IMG/VR virus record: IMGVR_UViG_3300035698_018106
Location: 102,717 to 166,716 of that record
Length of the DNA: 64,000 bases
Reading direction: 5' to 3' (one strand)
Source of the DNA: a virus
The notes under the pieces were generated by a model. That model was not told the DNA's origin and searched no databases. It saw only the letters and a list, made by a program, of their open reading frames with translations. Shown here one piece after another: positions 39,401-49,372 of this stretch; position 1 is the first letter of the stretch, and each line of letters starts with the position of its first letter. Position numbers and translations under genes: made by a program.

Positions 39401-41175
39401 TTATTATCATAATCATTAAACATGTTAAAAGCTATACTAATAGCTTTTATCTGATCTGATATAGATCCTTTAGATGAAAATGATGTTCTATATAATTCCG
39501 GATATCCTGGTTTGGGTTCATTAAATGAAACATAAGGGCCAGCCTCTCCTGCTTCAAAAACATCAGACTCTGTACTATAAATTTCCCATATAATAGATTT
39601 AGATTTATTAATTAATCTCAAATGCTCACCTTGATATAACTCATTATTAAGATTAAATGATATAAATGTTTTTATTGTTTTATTTATAGATTTAGTGTTG
39701 AATATATTTGTTCCTAATTTATTAGAATAATCTGAAACTTCTTCTCCTATTCCATCAAATTGTGAAGTATTATTTATTCGTTCTATTTTATCTCCATCAT
39801 TTCTAATAAATAATCTATTTTGATAATCAGTTGATATATATCCAAACTCATCAAATATTGATGAATCAATAAAAGATGACATATCTTTTGAATCTAAAGA
39901 TATTACAGAAGAATCCATATAATATGGTTCATCTTTATAGTAAAAGAATTTATATAATTCATTTTCTGTAAGATATAAACCATAATATCTATTCATTGAG
40001 TATAAAGAAACATCAGGATCATTAAAAACAAATTCTATATTTAATAAATTCGGACATAATAAATTATTACGCTCAAATCCAGAAGAAACAAATGCATTTA
40101 AATCGGTAAAATTAGATGTAGCTTTTTCAAAGAAATAAGGAACTTCTGATCTTCCTGTTATGATACCTTTATCAACAGCTATACCTGACCATGTATTTGG
40201 ATCATTTGAATTAAGAGATAAATTAACAGGAGATTGAATATTCAATAATTCATTTAAATGATTATTTAAATAATTTCCACTAGCTGTATTTTCTTTTAGA
40301 TTCCAAGATTTAATTAAATCTCCATCTGATATATATTTATTAGCTAAATCGCTTAAATCGTAATTAATTTTGTCATATGTTTCTTCATTAAATGTTCCAT
40401 CTAATCTAAGTACAACAAAATAATCAGGAATTTTAGAATTAACCCATAAAGGAGCTAATATTGAATATTCTTCATTATATAATTCATCTACTAATATTTT
40501 AGATCCATAATTATAAGTTGTATTATATTGATCAAAAAAATCGGTTTTTGGGTGAGATATATCTAATGTATTTTCATCATCTACTCTAAAGATTTCACCT
40601 TCTGGTAACGATTCAAAAACTCTTCTTATATCACCTGATAAGAATGAGTTTCCTGAAACACTTTGTTTCCTGTATTTTTTATTAGATAAAATATCAGAAA
40701 CTTTAAATGTATCTAAAAACATATTATCACTACCATCAATTCTTAACTTAATATTTCCAGAATACTTAGGATTAGTTCTTAATAATAAATAAGATGCTTC
40801 ATTATCAACTAATGTATTTCCTGTTTCATATGAATTTATATTTTCAGAATCTAATAAAAACGGACGATTATAGATGTTAACATAGATATCTGGCTCACTA
40901 CCTAAAATATCTTCTAATAATATACTGGCATCAAAATCTTCTACTGAATCTGAAAAAATATGAAATGCTCCATTGATTCCTGATTCTACTCTTAATGCGC
41001 TAGACGCATCATTTGTATTATTAAGACTAGTATTCCAACCATTAACATAAATATCATTATTTGGTGAAATGACAGTTGGTTTTATTAAAGCATTTATACC
41101 ATCATATTCTAAAACCAAAAACGCTGTTGGATCTTGAGATGTTAATATTATATTTTTTTCGAAATTCTTTATCAT
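36436..41175 (-). CDS. very large virion structural protein (fibre or baseplate), N/S/Y-rich
   Basis: 1579-aa uninterrupted ORF in the structural operon. Confidence 0.5.
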   Translation of the reverse strand: MIKNFEKNIILTSQDPTAFLVLEYDGINALIKPTVISPNNDIYVNGWNTSLNNTNDASSALRVESGINGAFHIFSDSVEDFDASILLEDILGSEPDIYVNIYNRPFLLDSENINSYETGNTLVDNEASYLLLRTNPKYSGNIKLRIDGSDNMFLDTFKVSDILSNKKYRKQSVSGNSFLSGDIRRVFESLPEGEIFRVDDENTLDISHPKTDFFDQYNTTYNYGSKILVDELYNEEYSILAPLWVNSKIPDYFVVLRLDGTFNEETYDKINYDLSDLANKYISDGDLIKSWNLKENTASGNYLNNHLNELLNIQSPVNLSLNSNDPNTWSGIAVDKGIITGRSEVPYFFEKATSNFTDLNAFVSSGFERNNLLCPNLLNIEFVFNDPDVSLYSMNRYYGLYLTENELYKFFYYKDEPYYMDSSVISLDSKDMSSFIDSSIFDEFGYISTDYQNRLFIRNDGDKIERINNTSQFDGIGEEVSDYSNKLGTNIFNTKSINKTIKTFISFNLNNELYQGEHLRLINKSKSIIWEIYSTESDVFEAGEAGPYVSFNEPKPGYPELYRTSFSSKGSISDQIKAISIAFNMFNDYDNNNPFNVIVVKEDGLSIEIDDNGDDYLFQRITSQIAFNIGDVNSTFNGTATPSDISFYRSFTPDASDFTRILSDSSYGPIDLELYGDRMSITLGLINAKNLYTYSIDSSISEYFTDNMLYTSYDNWNRLFMKFDISTGVQNHEFFKVEDPLSSENKCLLLSSNLIKLDKESKLWGYDVYPISVSLMGINPVKDFDFTVYDSLSTDMDFKSKYWNTRETDLDTYKIELNTSETITLNKRNSFEITKGQGTCTIDNSTFTFNANIEPFPFNTFFGDANINTYAETTITYNQIDGSHNYTSYRSNRSEENIDDYYDSSTYKRNLKYGLVVPTVSKWSGLGDDVRSNEMRLMLSNNMYSYNASGKYSNFLAASDISTYNSEISYPVFKYLSSDEDNWKDYIYYDINDVIESNGNRSTLRDLIFDNPYVDIFSKMLYTNNDVEGTSVRSSILYYSLYENQVISLIKGLRLGIAVTSSGEKLLNVNNWDRYKFSMISSPSINMKSNLPMEIIINENTQTVLIIWYQGNDSMNYNTRYSTKVGGKNILIDENSINNKNFTGFNSSESKYSYIKSPFIVNTASISTTIKNIYDTSLYYDSSICSPFAQFNYQPVDKTNSIFNAYSTSVNEVNNGIFNFGLESFSSFNQKNINYNYNKDSVSYNDSIVNVGYNYSNNENFYKDTTCDMDLIKDIIDNNNVQYYVIQEDNIIDSESFPDKPMEITLYEPIKYLISNNNTEIGIYIHNGGFKPIFNNILNFGNNEASELINIVEKDFILSNTNTLSYNGITQYWHNKVVDKVRVNDTSNNIAFLTNRSPFLSLWDGDYYKLDTNTIDSYVDGFNSSLELPSFFGSKTISLPDQLILDKWNSSNTNLNTLEDEYILEYNLTKTILDLFTSTIKFIENWNNLPNVSDDIINRYIIKTVLNTYNISINKIDIEVLSKLFNAEILAYNKDDQFKEKYENFKSSLSLINDEYIYKISIPKDINKSFFTTFTFNKK

Positions 41176-41181
41176 AATTAA

Positions 41182-43485
41182 TTAAATATTTGCTTCAAAT
41201 TCGTCATATATAGCTGGTGTAGTATTTACGATCGCTTGTAATAATTGTTGTAATGTACCTGTTATTTGAGGAGTAGTAGATGTTGCTCCTGGATTATGTA
41301 AAGTAACGTATGAGTTATTACTAACATTATTTAATTGATTTTGTATATCAGTAACGTTAGTTTCATTAATTGTACCATTTATATCTTTTTTTGATAAATC
41401 ATACGCTAAGTTAACAGCTAGATGTTTAAAAAATGTACCATCACCTGAATTTGGATTAGGTACGCTATCAGCAATATGTGTTATTACTCCAGATGCATTT
41501 AATGTTTCTTCTAATTGTATATTATTTTCTTCACTTACTGCATCAGTTAATATATTTGTTATTTGATCTGATCCGAATAAATTAGCTGGAAAATCTTTAA
41601 TTATAGATTCTGACCATGGGGATTTTCGTGGATTATTTGGCCATCCAGCTTCAGAAATAGATTTAATTCTAAATTCTACTTTTTCACCTTTTCTAATAGC
41701 TAAATCGATTTGATTAATATTAACTTCTTCTCCATCAGCTATATTAGGTTGCTCCCATACATATTGACCTAATGATACATCATATATTCTAGTTTTTATA
41801 GAAGACATAGATGTAATCCAATCAGAAAATACCCCTCTTTTTACTTGACCTGTACTAGAATCTGTATGTGTAAAAGTTTTTAAATCAACACCTGTATTAT
41901 CTAATTTAAGATATCTATATGATAATTCAAACTGTATAATTTCTTGATTTTTTTCTGCATCATTATTTGACTTTCCAATTGGAATATCGAAAAATCCACG
42001 CACTCTATATTTAGGATTAGCATTTACTGCATCACTTTCATATGCTAGTGTTGATAATGATCTAACTAATGATTGATATTCAACAGTTCTTTTAGATAAA
42101 TCACTAACATTTAACGCAATTTTAGTATTTAAGTCTTCTCTTTGAGCGGGATCTGTAATATTTACTAATTCAGCTTTTTGTTGAGCAATTGTAGATTTAA
42201 GACTATTTATAATAGTTTTAGTTGATTCTATCTGAGTTTGTGTTTTTTTAACTTCATCTGTATCTAATGCTGCATTTAATTGAGTATTGATTTGTACAAC
42301 ATTGAAAGCCGAAGCTTCTAATAATGGAGCATCAGGATCTATACCAAAGAAAGCAGGTATAAATTTTTCTTTTGCTTCCCCTTCCATTTTTTTACCAAAA
42401 TCAGACACATATTCATTATAATATGATTCTAATGTAGTTTCTCCATTTTCAATAATTAAATTATTTGTGTAAAATGGCATACCTAAACTCCAATCATCCC
42501 CTAGTAAATTATAATCATCATTAATACCTTTAATAAAAATTATATTACATTCATTATATCCAACAGGTATTTGAGCTGTTTTAGTAGAAAATGGGGCGCT
42601 ATATATTTCAAATGATTGATTAACAGTTGGGTGATCCATTCCTATCATTGCTACTAACTGAACTCTTTTCTCAGAAACTTCAAGATCAGAAACTTTATAA
42701 ATAGAATTATTAAAACGAAGAAAATCTCCTTTTTTTAATTCTAAATTTTTTACAACTGGTTCATCTGATGGTATTCCATAATTTAGAGAATCTAAAATAT
42801 ACCATTGAGTTTCATCAATTTCTCTTTTATCTATAATTAAAAAATATCCTGTAAATGGTTCTGTATTAAGAGGTAAATCATGAATTTCATCATCTTGCCA
42901 ATATTTTTTATCATTTTCTCCTAAATAAACAATTGTGTCATAATATGAACGTTCTTGATCAATTATGTTATCTAAAAACCACTGAGTTTCTGTATCTGAA
43001 GAATTATCAAAAATAACTCTTCTTACTGATATTCTATCAGATCTATCATCTATTTTATTTTTTAATTCAAACGATACAGTTAACTGTGGAAACATAAGAG
43101 ATTCAAAAAACCAATTGTTTCTTATATCAAACGTTTTAGGAGGTATAATACCTTCTATCATTATTGGAGATATAGGTACAGGTATTGTCTTGACTTCTCT
43201 AAATGTACCATCTTCTAATAAAACTTTCCCTTCACCTTTTATAAAAGTATTCATTGACTCTACAGCAACATTAACTTTATTTATTGTAGTATTATATGAC
43301 GGAATTTGATATGTTATTATAGAAGGATCTCCTGTTATAGAATCATCTTCCTCTATGTACATATTTACTGTATCATTTTGAGTAGTTAAACTCTCATTAG
43401 TTGCAACAGCAAATTCTAATGCTATATTAGATTGTTTAATTAAATTATTAACTGTTTCGGTAAAAGAATTAACTTTATTTGCCAT
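41182..43485 (-). CDS. virion structural protein with a central coiled coil
   Basis: 767-aa ORF. Heptad-like segment ...KKTQTQIESTKTIINSLKSTIAQQKAELVNI... Confidence 0.45.
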   Translation of the reverse strand: MANKVNSFTETVNNLIKQSNIALEFAVATNESLTTQNDTVNMYIEEDDSITGDPSIITYQIPSYNTTINKVNVAVESMNTFIKGEGKVLLEDGTFREVKTIPVPISPIMIEGIIPPKTFDIRNNWFFESLMFPQLTVSFELKNKIDDRSDRISVRRVIFDNSSDTETQWFLDNIIDQERSYYDTIVYLGENDKKYWQDDEIHDLPLNTEPFTGYFLIIDKREIDETQWYILDSLNYGIPSDEPVVKNLELKKGDFLRFNNSIYKVSDLEVSEKRVQLVAMIGMDHPTVNQSFEIYSAPFSTKTAQIPVGYNECNIIFIKGINDDYNLLGDDWSLGMPFYTNNLIIENGETTLESYYNEYVSDFGKKMEGEAKEKFIPAFFGIDPDAPLLEASAFNVVQINTQLNAALDTDEVKKTQTQIESTKTIINSLKSTIAQQKAELVNITDPAQREDLNTKIALNVSDLSKRTVEYQSLVRSLSTLAYESDAVNANPKYRVRGFFDIPIGKSNNDAEKNQEIIQFELSYRYLKLDNTGVDLKTFTHTDSSTGQVKRGVFSDWITSMSSIKTRIYDVSLGQYVWEQPNIADGEEVNINQIDLAIRKGEKVEFRIKSISEAGWPNNPRKSPWSESIIKDFPANLFGSDQITNILTDAVSEENNIQLEETLNASGVITHIADSVPNPNSGDGTFFKHLAVNLAYDLSKKDINGTINETNVTDIQNQLNNVSNNSYVTLHNPGATSTTPQITGTLQQLLQAIVNTTPAIYDEFEANI

Positions 43486-43505
43486 TTTTATTTTTTATTT
43501 TATTA

Positions 43506-45830
43506 TTAAACTCCTTTTAGAGTATTTATTTCTATTTGTTGATCATCTATCATAGATTTTAATTCTTTTATACCTTCCACTAAGTAAGCTATCATTTTGT
43601 CATATTCAATCTGTTTAAATGATTCCATAATGGAAGGATCTGGATATTTAACATTATTAACAACTTCAGGAAATACTATTTCTACTTCTTGAGCTATAAG
43701 ACCAACATGTTTAGTACTCACATCATATCCAATTTCTTTAGATTTCTCATTATAATTGAAAGTATATCCATTAATAGCATTTAATTTATTTAATACATCT
43801 GCACCTGAAATATGAACTAAGTTTTCTTTAAATCTTTCATCTGATGTATTTGCTTCATAACTTAATTTTCTAGATGTTGTATTATAAACAACTTTATATG
43901 CTTGAGCACTACTAGATAAATATGTATATATGCCTCCACCATCTGACATATTAATATTTCCTGAAATATTAAAATTAGATGAATCTATAACTATAGTTTC
44001 TTTAGAGAACTTCATATATGAAGATGTATCTATTGTAATAGCCGGCGTATCAGTTCCAGTATAAATATAGACTTCTCTATTATTAGTAGTAGATCCAATT
44101 TGTAATGGAGATCCGTATCCAAGAATTGTATTTCCAGAAGAATCTTTAATTGCATTTTCAATTGTAAGATCATTAACTTTAAGATCTCCATTTATTTCCA
44201 TATTAAATGATGGATCTGGGATATCAGTAAAAATTCCTACTCTACCCTTTAACATATAAATAGAAGAATCAACTAATGGATCTTCTCCATCTTTGAATAA
44301 AGCTAATGAATTATTAGTACCTTTTATATCTGTCCCTATATTATTAACTTGATATTGTAAATCTGATAATGAATCAGCTTGTTGATTTTGGATATCTGAA
44401 ATATCCATGTATTGTTCTGTTATATAATTTATTGTTCCTGTATGAGCATTTAAAATTTGAAGAGATTTCTCTAAATTTGCAAATACATCAGTCCAATTTT
44501 CTAATGCAGCATCTGATGATGTAGACTTATCATATATTACAGCTTGTGTATCATCAATTATGTTTTCTGATTTGATATTTATTCTAAATGAATAAGACGA
44601 TCCAAAACCAGATGGACCACTTTGGTATTTTTGTATTGTGGGTATAGATATCTCAGTATCTGGAAAACCAGATGTACTACCTTGCGCCGCATCTAAAAAT
44701 AAAATACCTAATAGATTAGTTGTTAATATTTTATCTAAAGTATTATTATATACTGTATAATATATTAATACTGCATTAAATTCGAAAAAGTCATCAACGG
44801 CATCTTCAATAGCCATCTTATCATATGTTAATTCATCATCTCCAAATATATTTTTTAAATTATCTAAATTATATTCAATTCCTAATGCATCAACGTTTGA
44901 TCTTTTAAATTCATATGTATCACTACCTGTATATTTTAAGTTATAATTGTAAATATTAGAATCTAACATAATAGAAGAATCTGTACCATAGAAATTTCCA
45001 TCTGTATTAACTAATAATCCCTGGGCTGTATACCACCATCCAGGTTGATAACCTAGACCATCACTTGCATCAACAGACATACTCCATGATCCAACTGATG
45101 TACTAGAATCTGTTACATCATATGAAGCTCTAAAACTTAATCCGTCAGGATGTGGCGATGTATAGTCTTCCCTCCCTAATATAGAGTTTCCACCTTCCAT
45201 TGACATTTCAGATTGATAATTATCATCATAATCTTGTTTAAAGTATACTCTAGTTTGACCATGAGAAGTAGGAATTAAAACATATGTTTCGTTATATGTA
45301 CCAAAATTATCTGTTCTTATAGATCCAGCTGAAATTTCACCAACATATTTCACCACTGAATTATATCCAACTGAAGAATCTGTATCTATTTCTTCTATCC
45401 AATACCCTTCATTTGAATTATCTTTTTCCCAACGAACTGCCCCTGATTCTTTTAACCATTTCCAAAAAACTCTTTCTGAAACAGTTTTAAGTATAGCAGG
45501 ATTATATGTTTTTTCTGATAATAAATTAGCTTCTAAATTTAAAGCATAATTCTGGAAACTTTCAGCTATTACAACTCTACCATCTTTAATATTATTAGAT
45601 TCTTCATAATTTTTGAATGCTCCATTAATTCCTAACACATTAAATTTATTTTGTTCTAATGTATCAGGCGCAGTTACTTCTGGAATATCTAATAAAGCAT
45701 AATGAGACATTTTAACTACATTATTTCTTTCATTGATATTTAAACCTATATCTTCAACAGCTGAACTAAATGTATACATAGTTCCACCCTGAGTTCTCAT
45801 TCTCTTTACAAATGGTGTAATATTTGACAT
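43506..45830 (-). CDS. tail fibre or tailspike protein with a C-terminal intramolecular chaperone (peptidase S74-like) auto-processing domain
   Basis: 774 aa. The C-terminal ~110 aa, SDERFKENLVHISGADVLNKLNAINGYTFNYNEKSKEIGYDVSTKHVGLIAQEVEIVFPEVV..., match the conserved S(D/N)xRxKxNI...GxIAQEVxxVxPE pattern of endosialidase-type chaperone domains. Confidence 0.6.
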   Translation of the reverse strand: MSNITPFVKRMRTQGGTMYTFSSAVEDIGLNINERNNVVKMSHYALLDIPEVTAPDTLEQNKFNVLGINGAFKNYEESNNIKDGRVVIAESFQNYALNLEANLLSEKTYNPAILKTVSERVFWKWLKESGAVRWEKDNSNEGYWIEEIDTDSSVGYNSVVKYVGEISAGSIRTDNFGTYNETYVLIPTSHGQTRVYFKQDYDDNYQSEMSMEGGNSILGREDYTSPHPDGLSFRASYDVTDSSTSVGSWSMSVDASDGLGYQPGWWYTAQGLLVNTDGNFYGTDSSIMLDSNIYNYNLKYTGSDTYEFKRSNVDALGIEYNLDNLKNIFGDDELTYDKMAIEDAVDDFFEFNAVLIYYTVYNNTLDKILTTNLLGILFLDAAQGSTSGFPDTEISIPTIQKYQSGPSGFGSSYSFRINIKSENIIDDTQAVIYDKSTSSDAALENWTDVFANLEKSLQILNAHTGTINYITEQYMDISDIQNQQADSLSDLQYQVNNIGTDIKGTNNSLALFKDGEDPLVDSSIYMLKGRVGIFTDIPDPSFNMEINGDLKVNDLTIENAIKDSSGNTILGYGSPLQIGSTTNNREVYIYTGTDTPAITIDTSSYMKFSKETIVIDSSNFNISGNINMSDGGGIYTYLSSSAQAYKVVYNTTSRKLSYEANTSDERFKENLVHISGADVLNKLNAINGYTFNYNEKSKEIGYDVSTKHVGLIAQEVEIVFPEVVNNVKYPDPSIMESFKQIEYDKMIAYLVEGIKELKSMIDDQQIEINTLKGV

Positions 45831-45854
45831 ATTTTATTTTTTCTTTTTATTCTT

Positions 45855-46499
45855 TTATGATATTGTATAATTTCCTTGAGATTCTTTCACAATCCAAGAA
45901 GGACCATATGATGCATCATATGCTATTATTATTAATTTCACCCATCCACCTGCTACAACCTCAGAATGTGTCATTGTAAGTATATCATCACCTCCGTCAA
46001 ATGATCTAGTTAATACTGTAAAATCATCAATACTAGTTATACCAGGATTAAACATTATTCTTACTTCCTGACCTAAATTACCATTTTGTAATCCATAATC
46101 TAAATCATTACCTATTTTAATATAAGGCGTATCGATATCTATAAATGAATATCCAGACTTTTCATATGGCCAAATTGGATTAGTAGATGTGTCAGATGTT
46201 GCAATTCGTGTTGATGTATCTCCTTCATTATAAGTATTGACAAAATCCATATCAATAGTTGTAGTGTTTTCATACCAATTAGTAAATTGTTGTTTAACTG
46301 TTAAATTATCTGTAATTACATTAACAAATTCTCCTGTTGATCCTTTAATTCTACCAGATGTAACTACTGGTTTAATAAGAATTCCGGAAGATTCATCATA
46401 GAAAACATCAAGCGATCTTTCTACATTAGTAAAATTATCATTCCAAATTTTTGGAATAAGAGTTATTAAAGTTTTTAATGATAGACGAGTCCAGTCCAT
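45855..46499 (-). CDS. virion structural protein (first gene of the leftward structural operon)
   Basis: 214 aa. The GGATATATAAAATAAAA motif lies 9 nt upstream. Confidence 0.45.
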   Translation of the reverse strand: MDWTRLSLKTLITLIPKIWNDNFTNVERSLDVFYDESSGILIKPVVTSGRIKGSTGEFVNVITDNLTVKQQFTNWYENTTTIDMDFVNTYNEGDTSTRIATSDTSTNPIWPYEKSGYSFIDIDTPYIKIGNDLDYGLQNGNLGQEVRIMFNPGITSIDDFTVLTRSFDGGDDILTMTHSEVVAGGWVKLIIIAYDASYGPSWIVKESQGNYTIS

Positions 46500-46505
46500 A
46501 ATATT

Positions 46506-46522
46506 ATTTTTATTTTATATAT
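46506..46522 (-). promoter_or_regulatory. conserved 17-nt motif GGATATATAAAATAAAA (candidate late promoter, similar to T4 TATAAATA)
   Basis: Exact 17-mer shared with 52600-52616. A 15-mer match is at 6458-6472 (minus). Confidence 0.4.
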
Positions 46523-46641
46523 CCTTTAAAATAAAAGTAGTACCCTGTATATTGAAATTTTTTTTAAAAACACCACATTAAATACTATTCACATAGATAT
46601 ATAACTAAAATAACTTATTATAACATCAAACGCAAAATAAA

Positions 46642-47850
46642 ATGATCAAACAAGAATTTAATTGGGAAATGTATAACGACGGATATACAGGAAATAAACT
46701 AGTTTCCAATATGAAAATCATAGGTTCAGATAATATTAAAAGCAAGTGTTTTTCACGAGAACCATATGCTCAACGCCTTTTTGACACATATACAAATCAA
46801 AGTGGGAATATAATCAAAAAGGATTTAAATAAAGGGGATTGTGTTTTAGTTAATGATATTTTCAATATAACTAATGAAACAATAGATATAGAAATAGCTG
46901 GAGGAATGTCGGTTACTATAGATCTTAAAAGAGAAAAAAGATTTCTACAAATGTTTGGATTTAACGATATTTCCGATTTTTCAGAAAAAATATCCAGCAG
47001 ACCTTATTTAGACAAATTATTAGAAGAGAATTTAAAGGCATATGTAATTGAAGCATCTCCTTCAATTAAAATTTCATTATGGCAAGGATATCTAATGGGA
47101 ATTAGAGAAGAGTTTATGGATCAAATTAATAATCCATCAAAAGCATATAATTGTAAAGTTAAAGAAGCTAATAAAGGCGGATTCTTTGTAGAAGTCCAAG
47201 GTTTAGATGCTTTCATGCCAGGTTCATTAGCAGCTCCTAATAAAATAAATGATTTTCAATCATATGTAGGTAAAGAAATAATTGTTATGGTAGAAGATTA
47301 TCTTAATGATATGAATTCTTTTATTGTATCTCATAAAAAATATATTAAACATATATTACCTCAAAAACTATCTGAAATAGATACCATGGTAAAGCATTCC
47401 GGTAAAGTAACAGGCGCATCAAAATATGGAATATTTATAGAATTTGGAGAATTTTTTACTGGATTACTTCATGAATCTAAAATGACAGAAGAAACAAAAG
47501 CTTTATTCAAAGCATGGCATTATAAACCAGGCGATCCTATTGAGTTTTATGTTGGGGAAATTACAAAAGATCTTAGAGTTATTTTAACCGAAGAAGATCC
47601 TCAAGTAAAATTAGCAAAAATACAAACCTTTGTAGTTAATAACGCAAATAAAGTGGTTGAATCAAAAATTGTTGCTATAATGAAATTTGGTGTAATTGTA
47701 AATGTTGATGATGTTACAGGATTAATTCCATTAAAAGAATTTAAAAAACATAGAATATTTATTAATAACTTTATAGTTAATGATACTATAAAAGTAGAAT
47801 TCGACGAATTTAATGAAGATAAGATTTTGTTTAAGTTAGGTGGAGTTTAA
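46642..47850 (+). CDS. S1-domain RNA-binding protein (at least three, probably four, S1/OB repeats; bS1-like)
   Basis: 402 aa. Repeats: KVKEANKGGFFVEVQGLDAFMPGS; HSGKVTGASKYGIFIEFGEFFTGLLHESKM; VESKIVAIMKFGVIVNVDDVTGLIPLKEF. Each fits the S1 signature G.V......G.FV......GL.H.S. Confidence 0.55.
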   Translation: MIKQEFNWEMYNDGYTGNKLVSNMKIIGSDNIKSKCFSREPYAQRLFDTYTNQSGNIIKKDLNKGDCVLVNDIFNITNETIDIEIAGGMSVTIDLKREKRFLQMFGFNDISDFSEKISSRPYLDKLLEENLKAYVIEASPSIKISLWQGYLMGIREEFMDQINNPSKAYNCKVKEANKGGFFVEVQGLDAFMPGSLAAPNKINDFQSYVGKEIIVMVEDYLNDMNSFIVSHKKYIKHILPQKLSEIDTMVKHSGKVTGASKYGIFIEFGEFFTGLLHESKMTEETKALFKAWHYKPGDPIEFYVGEITKDLRVILTEEDPQVKLAKIQTFVVNNANKVVESKIVAIMKFGVIVNVDDVTGLIPLKEFKKHRIFINNFIVNDTIKVEFDEFNEDKILFKLGGV

Positions 47851-47860
47851 TAAAAATAAA

Positions 47861-47893
47861 GGTGTATAGTCATAATGTCTGTACACCTTTTTT
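47861..47893 (+). terminator. rho-independent terminator
   Basis: GGTGTATAG / CTGTACACC stem followed by TTTTTT. Confidence 0.6.
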
Positions 47894-47930
47894 ATTTTGA
47901 ATAAATAAAATAAACAAATATTTATCTTGT

Positions 47931-49352
47931 ATGAGTAAACCACGTAAATATTCACTTCCTGAAGTTTTCAATAATGTGAAATTAGGAGTAGTCTTTGAAT
48001 TTTATTCTTCTAAAGATATTAATTTTATTATTAATGATTTAAAGAAACTCACAGTTAAAGAGATTTTTTTAACTGATACAGATTCTTATGTAGCTACTTA
48101 CGCAAAACCAATACTTATAAGAGAATATATTGCTGAAAAACCTAAATATTCTTTCCAATTAGCACAACAACAATATAGTTCTATTATACCATTGATTGAG
48201 AATGTATTAGAATGGATCTCAGAGACATCAGATTGCACAAACGATACTTTAATGAGGATTAATATGTCCTTTGATCATAGTCGCTTAAAAACAATTTATG
48301 ATATCTCTAAAATGAACCCCCAGAAACTTATTCTTAAAATAGATGAAGATTTTATTTATTCTAGATTTCCAGAGAATGAATATTCTCCTTATTCTAGATC
48401 AGCTAAACAATTATCACCATTATCTTCGGCATTATATACTGATAACTTAATTAAAAATGTTAACTATATAATAGGTGTTCCAAATACAAATTATTATGGA
48501 ATCAATTTTGAAAATTATACAAGAGGTATTCTAGAATTTAATTATATAGGTGGTTTAGATTATTCATCAAAGAAAAAGGAAATTTTAGAATTATTAGAAT
48601 ATTATGTGATTATCACATTTAAAAGTTTAAACGAAGCAGATTATTCAAAAGAAGAATTATATGAATTAGAAAAAATGACTGAACGTTTTTATAAAATCCA
48701 AGAAGCTTATTATGATCCAATTCAATTCTTTAAGTTATTTCCCGATATAAGAGTTTCAATTGATTTAGAAATTAATGATCAAATCATTAAATCCTTTTGG
48801 CCAAAATTAAGAACAAATTTATTTAATGTTATTATTAATAACAAAATGGATAAAGGACAATTTAATTATGATTCAGCTTATGGAATTTATCAATTAAGAA
48901 ATGCTGAAATTGATTGCACATCTTTAGAGAATTTTGATCTTATTCAATGTGAAATACAAGGCGTTATAAAAAATTGTAATATCATGTTTAGTGAAATAAA
49001 TAATGCCAGAGTATATAATTCCAAAATAGTTAAAAATAATAAGGTATCAGATTCATATATTTATCATTCAACTATAGATTATGACAATGCAATAGATGGA
49101 TGTGTAATAGAAAATAATTTTGAAGTTATTAATTGTAATATTTTAAATAGTACTCTTAAATTTATTACATTAGGTAGACGTGCAAAATTAGATAAATATA
49201 CAGTTATTATAGATAAAGAACATAGATTACCACAACCAGCTTCCGGAGTAGAGGTAGAAGAAATTCGCGACTATAAATGGATTCAAAAAATGAATACTCA
49301 AAAAGAAGATCATATATTTGGAAATGAATATATAAAGAAAACTTATATATAA
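47931..49352 (+). CDS. hypothetical virion-associated protein with a C-terminal beta-helix-like Asn-rich repeat region
   Basis: 473-aa ORF in the baseplate gene cluster. Confidence 0.4.
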   Translation: MSKPRKYSLPEVFNNVKLGVVFEFYSSKDINFIINDLKKLTVKEIFLTDTDSYVATYAKPILIREYIAEKPKYSFQLAQQQYSSIIPLIENVLEWISETSDCTNDTLMRINMSFDHSRLKTIYDISKMNPQKLILKIDEDFIYSRFPENEYSPYSRSAKQLSPLSSALYTDNLIKNVNYIIGVPNTNYYGINFENYTRGILEFNYIGGLDYSSKKKEILELLEYYVIITFKSLNEADYSKEELYELEKMTERFYKIQEAYYDPIQFFKLFPDIRVSIDLEINDQIIKSFWPKLRTNLFNVIINNKMDKGQFNYDSAYGIYQLRNAEIDCTSLENFDLIQCEIQGVIKNCNIMFSEINNARVYNSKIVKNNKVSDSYIYHSTIDYDNAIDGCVIENNFEVINCNILNSTLKFITLGRRAKLDKYTVIIDKEHRLPQPASGVEVEEIRDYKWIQKMNTQKEDHIFGNEYIKKTYI

Positions 49353-49372
49353 GTTCCAAAAAAATATTCTAT

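Noticed and set aside
47931-49352. FLTDTDSYVA segment resembling polymerase motif C (YGDTDS), considered as the missing polymerase half
   Set aside because: Only the DTDS tetrapeptide matches. There are no flanking KxxxNSxYG or KxY motifs. The gene is on the opposite strand inside the baseplate operon, and the remainder looks like a beta-helix structural protein.
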